From: Macrostomum lignano
Lineage: Eukaryota
Assembly (NCBI GenBank): GCA_002269645.1
Contig: NIVC01000708.1
Location: 372,001 to 436,000 of the forward strand
DNA length: 64,000 nucleotides
Direction of reading: 5' to 3'
This document shows positions 1 to 12,581 of the stretch, piece after piece. The notes under the pieces are model-generated. The model saw only the letters and a list, made by a program, of their open reading frames with translations. It was not told the DNA's origin and made no database searches. Position 1 is the stretch's first letter. Every line of letters begins with the position of its first letter. Made by a program: the position numbers and the translations under genes.

Positions 1-157
1 GCAGATTCTAAGATATGGTTTTTTCCAATTAGCGGGCTTTTCCCCGTATGGCCCGGGGCTGCGAAACTATGTGAGTATGAATGCCTTGAAATTTATTGAA
101 ACAATGCGTGAATAGAGAATTGCGCTACACAGACTGAGAATGAGAGCATGAGGTCTG

Positions 158-900
<743 letters not shown>

Positions 901-1511
901 ACAGAGACAAAGGGAGAGCTGGCGGGATGAGGCAGCGCAGGTTGCGTGACAAGAATCCTGGCATGCAGACGCCACAGCGGGAACTCCCTCCAGCCAGTCT
1001 TCTCCTAGTAGCAATAAGTTCTGGAGAGCCCTGATTTCACAAGGGAGAAATTCAAGCAACTGTGACTCGCAATTTAAGAGCAGACTGCAGCTCGTGTGCG
1101 TGTGAATTCCAAGAAACCCGAAAAAGCGAGCTTATCACTGGCATTCGAGCTCCATCAGCGCCCCCCCAAAGCCACTTATTTGATAATGAGAAGGCGGAAC
1201 AGGCTGGGAACAAGTGAAGCGAGACGGGAATTCAAATTCCTGGGTGCAAGGAATGCATTTGTTAGAAACCCGAAAGAGAATCTTGAGTGAAGAGCATTGT
1301 GCCCTGTAATTTAGCCCAGCTGAATTGCTGCCCAACTTTCCTTGAATGTATCTCTTTGCCAGGGCTTCTCTGTGTCCCGATTTGAGTCCATTAAATTATG
1401 TGTATTTTCCTGAATAAATTCTCTTTATCTGAAGGCTACAGGCTTGACTTGAGCTCAAGTGTCACTGCTATAGGGATTCAGTTCTGAATGCCGAGTCTGG
1501 GGGCGCTTTTT

Positions 1512-1831
1512 TAAGCGCCTACTGAACATAAGCACACACTGTCATAAGCGCTTACTGAACATAAGCGCACACTGTCATAAGCGCTTACTGAACATAAGCG
1601 CACACTGTCATAAGCGCTTACTGAACATAAGCGCACACTGTCATAAGCGCTTACTGAACATAAGCGCACACTGTCATAAGCCCTTATTGAACATAAGCGC
1701 ACACTGTCATAAGTGCTTACTGAGCATAAGCGCACACTGTCATAAGCGCCTACTGAACATAAGCGCACACTGTCATAAGCTCTTACTGAGCATAAGCGCA
1801 CACTGTCATAAGCGCGCACTGTCATAAGCGC
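1512..1831. repeat. 33-bp minisatellite, about 9.5 copies
   Basis: Unit ACTGAACATAAGCGCACACTGTCATAAGCGCTT, with CATAAGCGC twice per unit. Ends about 40 nt before the acceptor at 1870. Confidence 0.95.
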
Positions 1832-1870
1832 GCAATATATAAATGAAACCCTCAACTCCAACTCAAGCAG

Positions 1871-4800
1871 CTCAAGCGGCCAGCGGCAGCGGCGGGCTCA
1901 GCCTGAGCATCAGCCAGTCCCAGGCCTCAGTGCAGCCGGGAGACCCTGTGGCCATCAGCTGCAGTTTCTTCCCGGCAGCGACCTACATTTTCTGGCGCTT
2001 CTCCCCCGACGAGGGGCGCACGTGGACCCGGCTGGGCATCTGCCACTCGGATTCGGCCAGGTGCAACCAGCTGGGCGCCTCGCCTGCCGACCGTGCAGTC
2101 CGGCTGAGCACGAACGGCAGCCTGACCATCGGGAACGTCAGCAGAGCCAGCGACGGGGCGTACGAGTGCGAAGGAATTCGAAATACGGACTCGGCCAAGG
2201 GCAACGCCAGCGTAACTGTGGCCAGTGAGTAGGGTGAGAGGTAGACCATAGTGTGCAGTGGAGTAGGGTGAGAGGTAGACCATAGTGTGCATTGGAGTAG
2301 GGTGAGAGGTAGACCATAGTGTGCAGTGGAGTAGGGTGAGAGGTAGACCATAGTGTGCATTGGAGTAGGGTGAGAGGTAGACCATAGTGTGCAGTGGAGA
2401 AGGGTGAGAGGTAGACCATAGTGTGCAGTGGAGTAGGGCATGTGACTGAGAGGCATAGAGTGCGGGGAAGATGCAGTCTAGTGCTAATTCTAGGTTCAGA
2501 GAGTGTGGATCTGTGAGTGAGCAGGTTCACCCCCAACAGTGTAAAACATTCAAGACGGCCGGAAATGAGTTACTGAGGTAACAGGCTGGATAATTAGAAA
2601 AAAGCAAAAAAATTCCCTCCGCCAGAGACTGAGCAGCCGCGGCGGCAGTCTCGCTAGCAGACAGCAGTAGATCACGCCTGCCATCCCACTATAGCCAGCC
2701 GTTACCGGAGAACCCCAAGGGGGATGTCTTCCTCCGCCAGTTGCCATCCCTCATAGTTGCTGAGCATTCTTTACTGCTTTGCTCAAAAAGCTACTCAAGA
2801 AAAAATTTTTCGGAGCGGAAAAATCGCAGAACAAGGAGGGGCAGCGGGGAAAGGGGGACTCCAAATGCGACTCCGTCAGGGACTTCGAGACGGGCACAGA
2901 GCGCCTTGAGTGTCCCAGCCAGCAGACGCTCAGTAAAATAATAGGGCGCGGGGATAAAACTCCTCTTCAACTTGACTTTGCTGGAAGGTCGCTTCCTCCT
3001 CAAAAATCCACTCAGTCGCCACTCCAGCCGGGCCTCAACTGCTTTCCCTGAGTTCTCCCTGCTCAATTTCTCTCCACGGCACTGAGCACTGTGAGCAGAG
3101 AAAGCGGTCGCTACCCCCGGCGGGGGGAAGCGCCGAGAAAAAAACCTGAGCAAACTGAGCCTGCCACGCCTGGGGGTGACGCAATTTCACCTGTCAAATT
3201 GACGGCTCTCATCCGTGATGCGACAATTCTTTGTCCCCCACTATTTGTTACCTGGTGAACAAACAGCTCCTCTGTGAATGGACAGTCTAAAGCAGCTTGT
3301 CATCTGTATTCACAGAGAGTTGGCTGCGGAGTTGGCTGCGGTCACCCCCTGATGCAGCCCCTTCACCCTCCCGCAGCCAACGCTGAGGCAATTCTGCCCA
3401 CCCTGAGCACAGACAAGCGCGCCAATACTGCACGCAGGCACAGCACTCACACACGATCACACAGGGTGTACAGCGGCCCTGACTTTGTATACTCTATGCA
3501 TGTACACTCTGTCTGTGTTGTGCACAGGTACATTTTTATTCATTCCACTGATCCCAAATGATCTGAACCTGCAGCTCCGCCGGGGTCGCCGACATTGTGG
3601 GGCCCGGCACGTCCGACAGCCGAAGGCCGGCGAGTCCGGCTGAGCTGCACCAGCCTCGGCGGTAACCCGCCACCCCGACTCATCTGGCTGCGTCGAAGAT
3701 TCGGCCAGTCGGAGTTCGAACCCCTGACCTCGGATGCCAATTACTCGTCAAGGTCTTCGTCCGTTGAAATTCGCCGCCAACCTCCGGAGAGAAAGTTCGG
3801 CGCCCAGCGGAGCGAGCTGCTGATGGTGGCCAGGGCCGCGGACCACCGGGCGCTGATCCGCTGCCGGGCGCTGCACCGCATGGGAAACTCCAGCAGCGAG
3901 AGCCTGCAGCTAGGGGTGCTGTGTGAGTGGGGCAGCTGGGGTTGGATTCCAGTTGAGTTTGGAGGGATTCTATTCTATACTCGATATTGTTTGCATCGGG
4001 CAGCCATCAATACATATAATAATTAATTCCCTGCAAACTAATTCCCTGCAAACTAATTCCCTACAAACTAGTTCCCCACAAACTAATTCCCTACAAACTA
4101 GTTCCCCACAAACTAATTCCCTACATACTAATTTCATACATACTAATTCCCTACAAACTAATTCCCTACAAGCTAATTCCCTACAAGCTAATTTCCTACA
4201 AACTAATTCCCTACAAACTAATTCCCCATAAACTAATTCCCCAAGAAATAATTCCCTACTGACTAATTCCCTACAAACTAATTCCCTACAAACTAATTCC
4301 CTACAAACTAACTCCCTACAAACTAATTCAGTACAGACTAATTCCTTACAGACTAATTCCCTATAAAATAATTCCCCCAGACCCCCCGCGAGTCCGATGG
4401 TCGCGGTTGCAAGCGGCCTCCGTCCGCCTGGGCGACGCCGTCTGGTTGAACTGCACCGCGGATGCAAATCCGACCGCCAAAGTGTCGCTGTGGAAGGACG
4501 GCTCGGCCGTGTCAGGTGAGTGCGGTACTGGCTACTGAAGCTATCAGACTTAAGTAGTCAGTTACGGTTGTAGGATAAAGTGTTAATTTAGTTATTTCAC
4601 ATTTTTATTTAAATTTCTGTACATTTGCTATTGATTTTCTTGTCGCAACTTGTTGCTTCTATTGCCTGCTTTTTTTGCTTTTTCTTTTGTTCGGATGCCT
4701 CTTTTTTCTGTTTGCCTCTGTTATTTTTTTCTACGAGTCCTTACGGTTCATGAGCCGGTCTTAGCCTGGTATATTAATTAATCAGAGATTCGCTTTACAT

Positions 4801-7800
4801 TCCTTTCTTGCTACTCATTCATTAGTAGGCGATCTCTTCTATTTATTGTTTTACAACTGTGGCTGCAGACACCGCCATAAAAGCAGCCTCTTCCCCGCCA
4901 CCGCAGGCGCAGAGAACTCCAGCGTCAGTCACAGAGTCCCCGCCGCGTCCCTGGAAGACGCCGGCACCTACGAGTGCCGCGCGGCGAACTCGATGACGAA
5001 CTCCTCGGCCTCCGCGGCAAACTTCACGCTGGAGGTGCAGCACCCGCCAGTGGTTTCCGTGCCTTCGTCCGTGGTTGTCCGCGAGTTCGCGCCCCTCCGC
5101 CTCAGCTGCCGCGTGCGTGCCAATCCGCCAGCCAGCTGGATTCGCTGGCGCCGTCAGGATGCGGCTCAGCAGCTGCCGAAGCCTCCGTCGGGAAATTCTA
5201 CAGAGCCGCCGCCGTCGCAGCCGCTGCTGCTTGAGCTGGCCTCGGCCACTAGCTCCGACGCCGGTCGCTGGCTGTGCGAGGCGGGCAACAGCCTGGCAAC
5301 GGCGTCCGCGGCGACCGCGGTGGCAGTCGAGTACCCGCCCGGCATGCCTGACGCTTCGGCCGCTGTCGACAGCAGCGTCGTGTCCGCAGTCAGCGCCCTG
5401 GCTGGAGACAACCTGACGCTGGTCTGCTCGCCCAACCGGCTCAGCCCGGGCTTCCCGCGGCCCCGCCTGGCCTGGTTGAGAGTCTCCGCGCGAGATTCTC
5501 CCGGGGGCAACGACGATGGAGACAGCGACGATTCGAACTCAGGGAGCCCATCGAATCGGCCCGTCCTCCAGCTGGTCAACGTCAGCCTCTCGGACACTGG
5601 CCGGTATCGCTGCCGCGCCAGCAACAGAGTCGGCCAGTCCGCGCCGGCCACCCTGCGGGTCAGCGTGGAATCGGCGCCAGCTTGGCGCCACGGCAGCGCG
5701 CCCAATGTGACGGCGCCGGCTGGCCGGGCCGAATTCGAGCTCGTCTGCGAATTTCAGGCGCGGCCCAGAGCGAAGATCGTCTGGCGGAGGATCGACGAAG
5801 ACGGCGGGGGCAGCGGCGGCGGCGGCAGCGCGACCGTCGGACTGGCCGGCTCCGGGGCGAGGTTCAGCGTGGTGGAGACGGCGGACGATAGGGACTCGTG
5901 AGGATTCGGGGATTCGGGGACTGGAGACTCGGGGGTTTGGGGATTGGGGATTGGGGATTGGGGATTGGGGATTGGGGATTGGGGATTTGGGGATTGGGGA
6001 TTGGGGATTCAAGGATTGGGGATTCGAGGATTGGGGATTCGGGGATTGGAGATTCGAGGATTGGATTCGGGGATTGGAGATTCGGGGATTTGGGATTCGG
6101 GGATTGGAGATTCGGGGATTGGGGATTCGGGGATTGGAGATTCGGGGATTGGGGATTCGGGGATTGGAGATTCGGGGATTGGGGATTAGGGAATTGGGGA
6201 TTGGGGATTGGGGATTCGGGGATTGGGGATTCGGGAATTGGGGATTCGGGGATTGGAGATTCGGGGATTTGGGATTCGGGGATTGGGGATTGGGGATTCG
6301 GGATTGGGGATTGGGGATTCGATCTCCGATTTGGAATTTGGGATTCGGGGATTGGGGATTCGGGGATTGGGGATTCGGGGATTGGGGATTCGGGGATTGG
6401 AGATTCGGGGATTGGGGATTCAAGGATTGGGGATTCGGGGATTGGGGATTCGGGGATTGGAGATTCGGGGATTGGGGATTCAAGGATTGGAGATTCGGGG
6501 ATTTGGGATTCGGGGATTGGGGATTCGGTATTGGAGATTCGGGGATTGGGAATTCGGAGATTGGGGATTCGGGAATTGGGGATTCGGGGATTGGAGATTC
6601 GGGGATTTGGGATTCGGGGATTGGAGATTCGGGGATTGGGGATTCGGGGATTGGGGATTCGGGGATAGGGGATTGGGGATTGGGGATTTGGGATTCGGGG
6701 ATTGGGGATTGGGGATTCGGGAATTGGGGATTGAGGATTCGGGGATTGGGGATTCGGGGATTGGGGATTCGGAGATTGGGGATTCAAGGAATGGGGATTC
6801 GGGGATTGGAGATTCGGGGATTGGGGACTCGGGGATTGGGGACTCTGGAATTGGGAATTCGGGGATTGGGGATTGGGGATTGGGGATTCAAGATTGGGGA
6901 TTCGCGGATTGGGGTTTTGGGGTTTCGGGGATTGGGGTTTTGGGGTTTCGGGGATTCTGGATTGGGGATTCTTCTTTATGACTCAGATAAATGATTCCTT
7001 ATAACCCAACCCCACGCTGCCCCACTCCTAGCTTCACCACAAAGAGCCGTCTGATCTTTGTCGGCAGCCAGAGGACCGAGTTGGAACCGGAAGACGCGGG
7101 GCTGTACCGCTGCTCGGCTGAAAATATCCGTGGAGAGGCTGCGCACTCCATCAGGCTGACAGTCGAATGTGAGTTACGGTTAATTTCTTTTTATACCCCT
7201 AACAAGCTTTCCATGACTTCGCCTAATGATAATCTTATTGATTAGCCTCTATATTTAAAGTAAGGTAGCATCATGATCCCCTGTGACGTCTGTTAATTTT
7301 GATGACCCCATGATGACGCATGTTGACCCACGATGACCCCATGATGACCCTGTGATGACCCCATGGACCGACCCCTTAACAACCCCTCAGTCGCCCCAAT
7401 CATCGAGCCGAGTCCCAGTCTCGTGGCGCTGGACGGCCAGGCCTCACTGGAGTGCTCAGTACTTGCCAAGCCCAGCCCAACTGTCACCTGGGAGTTCGCC
7501 AATGGCAGCCACGTGGGCCTGACTCTGCCGGACCCTAGACATCGCGGCCGAGTTCGGAGCACCCTGCATGGGGCTCGAACCCTGGGCCTCTACGCCTGCG
7601 TTGCTCGAAATCGACTTGGCGTGGCTAGGCGCGAGTTCCGTCTGGTTCCATCCGGACCGCCGTCACCGCCAGAGGACGTTCAAGTGGTCGCAACTGGCTG
7701 GGACCGGCTCGAACTGATCTGGCGGCCCGGCTTCGACGGTGGACAACCGGCAACTCCCATTGTGAACTGTCGGCGACTGGCGGTGCCAACCGAGTCGACA

Positions 7801-10800
7801 ATAAAAGTGGCACAGACAGCAGCGAATTTGGCGGTGTCCACTAGGTGAGTTCGACTTATTTAAGCTTGCATTTGCAGTTGATTCCGCTAACTGCGGGTTA
7901 CTAGCCAGCTTTAAATAGTTTACACCGCCTCTTAGGATGGGGTAGAAAATTAGGATGATGGGGTAAAGTGAAGACCAGCCAATCGCAGGTGGTCACGTGC
8001 GCATGTGGGTGGTGGACTCTGGATAGAAATGAAAAGGGTTAGTGTGACATAGTGATACGATGGACTTTCAAATAGTTTGTGTGTACTCGTACTGAAGTGT
8101 TGACTCACTAGCAGTGGCGATTGTTATTGACCGGCTTAGAGATTTGTTTGGTATTGTATTCAACCCCCACCCCCTGCGCGCGTGATTGAATCTGTCTGCA
8201 CCCACCACCTCATTGTTAACTAATAAACATTGTCAGCCTAGCTCTCAAGCGAGCACCTTTTCTCACTCCTACAATTCAACACTATTGCCTCAGTTAACAA
8301 AGTTATCACAGCTAGACTGGTAGGCTAGCCAATCACAGGGCGTCACGTGTTGGTATGGGTGGTGGACTCTGAATAGAAAGTAAGAAGGGGTAGAGTGGTA
8401 GGCTAGCCAATCGCAGGGCGTCACGTGTTGGTATGGGTGGTGGACTCTGAATAGAAAGTAAGAAGGGGTAGAGTGGTAGGCTAGCCAATCGCAGGGCGTC
8501 ACGTGTTGGTATGGGGGGTGGACTCTGAATAGAAAGTCAGAAGGGGTAGAGTGGTAGGCTAGCCAATCGCAGGGCGTCACGTGTTGGTATGGGGGGTGGA
8601 CTCTGAATAGAAAGTCAGAAGGGGTAGAGTGGTAGGCTAGCCAATCGCAGGGCGTCACGTGTTGGTATGGGTTGGTGGACTCTGAATAGAAAGTCAGAAG
8701 GGGTAGAGTGGTAGGCTAGCCAATCGCGGACGGTCACGTGCTGGTGTGAGATGGTGGACTCTGGATAGAAAGTGAGAAGGCGTAGAATGTCTCGACTACA
8801 GTGCTCTAAAACTTGCTACTGTCCTTATTAGATAAGCTAGATTAGCCGCTTTTAAATATTACATTTCAAAGCGTTTCGGCAACACAATCTGCGGCGAACT
8901 TGACTGGTCTCCGGCCGGACACTGAGTACGCATGCTCGGTGCGAGCTGTCAATCGACTTGGCCAGGGCCCGGCCGCGCCCGAGGTCCTGGCTGTCACCCG
9001 ATCCCTGCCGGTGCCGCCGCCTCGACGAATTCGCTGGCTTTGGCCGACGGGATCAAAGGGAGCACCAAATAATCCAAAGGAGCCTAACAAGAATTTTCCG
9101 CAGTCAGAATCAACGGCGGCTGAGCTAGCCTTCGACGCGCCGGTTGGTCTTTGTCTGCGAGTTGAAGCGACAAAGACTGCGGATAGTGCCGCAGGCGGCG
9201 GAGGCGATAAGCCAGCAGCAGGAGACTGGACTCTTCATCGACTGTGCGAGCCGTCCGAGCAGGGTCGAGTGGCGGGTCTGGACCCGAGCCGGCGCTACCG
9301 CTTGGCCCTGTGCCTGCCTGACCGACCCGACTTGTGCGGACCGGCTGTTGTTACCCCTGCTACTGACAGTAGTGAGTTAGGGATTGGCTTGGAAAACATT
9401 TCCGGGTTGGGACGGCAGCATTTGTTGAAGGGAAAATGACGAGTAAGGTGCAAAAAGGAAAATCTAGCGATCCCTGAAATACAGAAAGGATATTGTTCTT
9501 ACTGAAATACCTGGCCTGAAAGGACAGCATAACCAGCTGAAGGATCCGACATGAAGGGACAGCATATCCAGCTGAAGGGTCTGACATGAAGGGACAGCAT
9601 ATCCAGCTGAAGGGTCTGACATGAAGGGACAGCATAACCAGCTAAAGGGTCTGACATGAAGGGACAGCATGTCCAGCTGAAGGGTCTGACATGAAGGGAC
9701 AGCATAACCAGCCGAAGAGAGAAGCCTCTAAGGCCTCTATTTTTAGAAAGGCGATGCCATACAGTCAGGCAGTCAGAAAGTACACAGCCATTGAACAGCC
9801 ATCGCATTGATCACGGATCGTTAAACGCAGTTGATTGACTTACTGTTGTTTATCGAGTAGCTGGAGGAGAGTACAGGGCAGCGACCTCCTTTCAGGGGGT
9901 TAGGAATCAGAAGTAGATCATTGAGATCACTCTGGGGGGGGGGAAGAGGACCAACGGAAACTCCAATCTGGGCTGCGATCCCTATAAGCCAATTTTCCTT
10001 CATATATACAGCATCATCGAATACTCGCTTCTCCATCTCGGCTTCCCATTCCCCATCATCCCTTTCCTGCCGCATTAGATAGCCCAGGGAAGAGCTCCGC
10101 GGAGGATGGCAGTGAATTCGCGCTAATTCATTGTTGCTACGCTAGATTACGAGTATGCTGTTTATGGATGCACTGCCCTGCGCGGGACGAAATCTGATAA
10201 GCAACAGAAATCCCCCCGCTAGGGCTCGAGGCGACACTTCTTGAGTTCGTCTTCTCTCATCCAGTTTTTCTATTCCCATTCCCAACTCCGTGGACCAATC
10301 ACGGCTGCCCCAATACTGAAGCAGTGCAAAGCTTTTAGTATAAAAAGACTTAGCAATTTAGTTGATCTTTCTAACTGTTTTTATTTGCTGAAAAAAAGAA
10401 ATGGACCAGAATGCAACGAACTTGCTGGTTGATGCCAGAGAGACCGAGGCCAATACGCTCGTACGACAGAAAAATGGAGCGCTGGCCTGAATCTCGTATT
10501 GCAGGAGATCAGTAAGCTGTTGAGTTTCTGGTTGCGAATTGGCGAAACTGGCCAATGCATTCGTGAGAGTTGGTTAGACTAGCAATCCATTCCATTGCTC
10601 CATTCGTGATTGGCTAGACTAGCAATCCATTCCATTTCTCCATCCGTGATTGGCTAGACTAGCAATCCATTCCATTTCTCCATCCGTGATTGGCTAGACT
10701 AGCAATCCATTCCATTTCTCCATCCGTGATTGGCTAGACTAGCAGTCCATCCCATTTCTCCATCCGTGATTGGCTAGACTAGCAGTCCATCCCATTTCTC

Positions 10801-12184
10801 CATCCGTGATTGGCTAGACTAGCAATCCACCCCACCCGCCGCAGTGTCAAATCTTCCCCAAGTCAGCGGCCCGACAATCATAGCCGTCGCCTCTATCTGC
10901 ACCGGCCTGATCTTGCTGCTCATCTGCGTGCTGGCGTTCTTCTGCTGTCGACGGCGAGGCGGCGGCAGCGGCAGCAGATGCGGATGCGAGTACGTCGACG
11001 ACAACGGGAACGAAGACGGTCGGCACAGGCGGAGAAAGGAATCCCGGCGAAGCAAAGGCAAGCAGCTGCCGTCGCCCCTGTCGCCGATTTCGCCGATGCC
11101 ATCGCCTGGACGCGACGATCTGTGAGCGAAGTTGTTTGCGCACTACTAACTTGGGATCGGTTTTGGGACGCGTGGGACTCTCAGTTTTGAAAATATTGAT
11201 AAAATTTACAACAAATGATTCGGGAAATAAGTGCACTGAGCATAGAGAAGATGCAGGAAAGAAGTCAGATGTAAAATAAATGGATTGAGAGATTGCGACA
11301 CTAAGTGTCAGTTGAAAACGATATAAAGAAGAAAAATATTGGGTTGTCGACTGGGTATTGAGAGTCTGAGACTGTGGATTGAGCATTGGGACTGTGGATT
11401 GGGTATTGAAACTGTGGATTGAATATCGAAAATGTGTTTTGGGTATTGGGACTGCAAGTTGGGTATCGGGACAGTGGACCTAAAATTAAAATTATAATCT
11501 GGGTGTAATGGTTATAAACTGGGTATCGAGGGTATCGGGGGTTATAAACTGGGTAACGGGGGTCATAGACTGGGTGTTGGGGGTCATAGACTGGGTGTCG
11601 GGAGTTATAAACTGAGTATCGGGGGTCATAGACTGGGTGTCGGGGGTCATAGACTGGGTGTTGGGGGTCATAGACTGGGTGTCGGGTCGGGGGTCATAGA
11701 CTGGGTGTCGGGGGTTATAAACTGGGTATCGGGGTCACAGACTGGGTGTCGGGGGTCATAGACTGGGTGTCGGGGGTTATAAACTGGATATCGGGGGTCA
11801 TAGACTGGGTGTCGGGGGTCAGAGACTGGATGTCGGGTCGGGGGTCATAGACTGGGTGTCGGGGGTTATAAACTGGATATCGGGGGCCATAGACTGTGTG
11901 TCAGGGATTATAAATTGTGCTATAGGCTGGGTAGTTGACATTGTGGACTGAGGCTGTAACGGGTATTTGATTTGGAATCGGACACATCCCTGCCGTGAAC
12001 CTGACCGCATGCAGGTGCCAGCACGAGATGCATCCAGAGGCCGGGCTGACCCCGACCTATCAATACTACGGCACAAGTCTCAAGCCATTCGCGATGGTTT
12101 CGCCTCATCCCAGTCTGTCAGGCACGGACGAGACCTCGGTGCATGCTGACCCCAAAGTGTTCGCAACCCTACTCAGCGCTAACA
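1871..12184 (+). CDS. Ig-superfamily single-pass adhesion receptor (7 Ig domains, FN3, degenerate second FN3, TM); echinoid/nephrin-like; 5' and 3' ends unresolved
   Basis: Exons 1871-2224, 3575-3922, 4381-4515, 4907-5897, 7032-7168, 7391-7844, 8872-9371, 10845-11121 and 12015-12184 all have AG/GT boundaries and consistent phases. Ig motifs include DGAYEC, LSCTSLGGNPPPRLIW, LNCTADANP, DAGTYECRA, DAGRWLCEAGN, DTGRYRCRASN, DAGLYRCSAEN and GLYACVARN. FN3 motifs are WRPGFDGG and GLRPDTEYACSVRAVN. The TM segment is IIAVASICTGLILLLICVLAFFCC followed by RRR. No signal-peptide exon was identified, and the last exon may read through to a stop at 12318. Confidence 0.85.
2227..2440. repeat. 34-bp minisatellite starting at the splice donor, about 6 copies
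   Basis: Unit GAGTAGGGTGAGAGGTAGACCATAGTGTGCAGTG. The first unit overlaps the GTGAGT donor at 2225. Confidence 0.95.
4021..4375. repeat. 15-bp minisatellite abutting the splice acceptor
   Basis: Unit AAACTAATTCCCTAC with variants. It runs into AAATAATTCCCCCAG, the acceptor at 4380. Confidence 0.95.
5898..6970. repeat. G-rich GGGGATT/GGGGATTC satellite filling most of an intron
   Basis: Mixed 7-8-mer units (GGGGATT, GGGGATTC, GGAGATTC) beginning immediately at the donor at 5898. Confidence 0.95.
7293..7365. repeat. Short ATGACCCCATG-type repeat before an acceptor
   Basis: About 6 degenerate copies of GATGACCCCAT just upstream of the acceptor at 7390. Confidence 0.7.
8315..8780. repeat. 78-bp minisatellite, about 6 copies, plus a solo related copy near 7975-8040
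   Basis: Unit contains CTAGCCAATCGCAGGGCGTCACGTGTTGGTATGGGGGGTGGACTCTGAATAGAAAG. The 26-aa periodicity of the minus-strand ORF confirms the 78-nt unit. Confidence 0.95.
9520..9712. repeat. 35-bp minisatellite, about 5.5 copies
   Basis: Unit GAAGGGTCTGACATGAAGGGACAGCATATCCAGCT. Confidence 0.9.
10563..10829. repeat. 40-bp minisatellite ending at the polypyrimidine tract, about 6.5 copies
   Basis: Unit GTGATTGGCTAGACTAGCAATCCATTCCATTTCTCCATCC. Ends 15 nt before the acceptor at 10844. Confidence 0.95.
11370..11900. repeat. Degenerate ~21-bp G-rich minisatellite
   Basis: Units GGGGGTCATAGACTGGGTGTC / GGGGGTTATAAACTGGGTATC within intron 11122-12014. Confidence 0.85.
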
Positions 12185-12421
12185 GTGAGGATTCGTTCGT
12201 ATTCTGCTTTTTACATCTTATTTTTAGCACTCATCTGTGGGGAGCTGGCTGTATGGTAAATTCCCTCATCTTCATACCTTCATTAGTAGAACTATTGGCG
12301 TTATTAGCTAAATTATGATTTTCTTGGATAATGCAATCACCAGCCACTTATGGAGATAAAAAATACGAGTTTTTAAGTAGGCCTCCCATCATGTGAATAA
12401 TGTATGCACTATAGCTATAAC

Positions 12422-12581
12422 TAGGGATTCCAATCCCGGGATCCCGGGATTTCCTAAAGTTTGCAAGCGGAATCCCCGGATTACTCTAGTCCGGGATTTT
12501 CCGGGATTTAAGAGTAACAAGATTTCGAGACTTTTAATCCCGGGGCCGGGATTGTCAATTGTCGGAATTTTGGAATCCTTA
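12422..12581. mobile_element. hAT-like MITE (160 bp)
   Basis: TIRs TAGGGATTCCAA ... TTGGAATCCTTA (1 mismatch). The 8-bp flanks GCTATAAC / GCTATACC match 7/8. Internal ATCCCGGGAT subterminal repeats. Same family as 57077-58017. Confidence 0.85.

Noticed and set aside
48-70. Possible first exon of the Ig gene (ATG...ACTAT|GTGAGT)
   Set aside because: It is phase 2 while exon 1871 needs phase 1, and it has no signal peptide; no linking exon was found.
5864-6994. GIGD/NPQS-repeat ORFs and possible interstitial telomere
   Set aside because: Satellite translations. GGGATT is not a rotation of TTAGGG.
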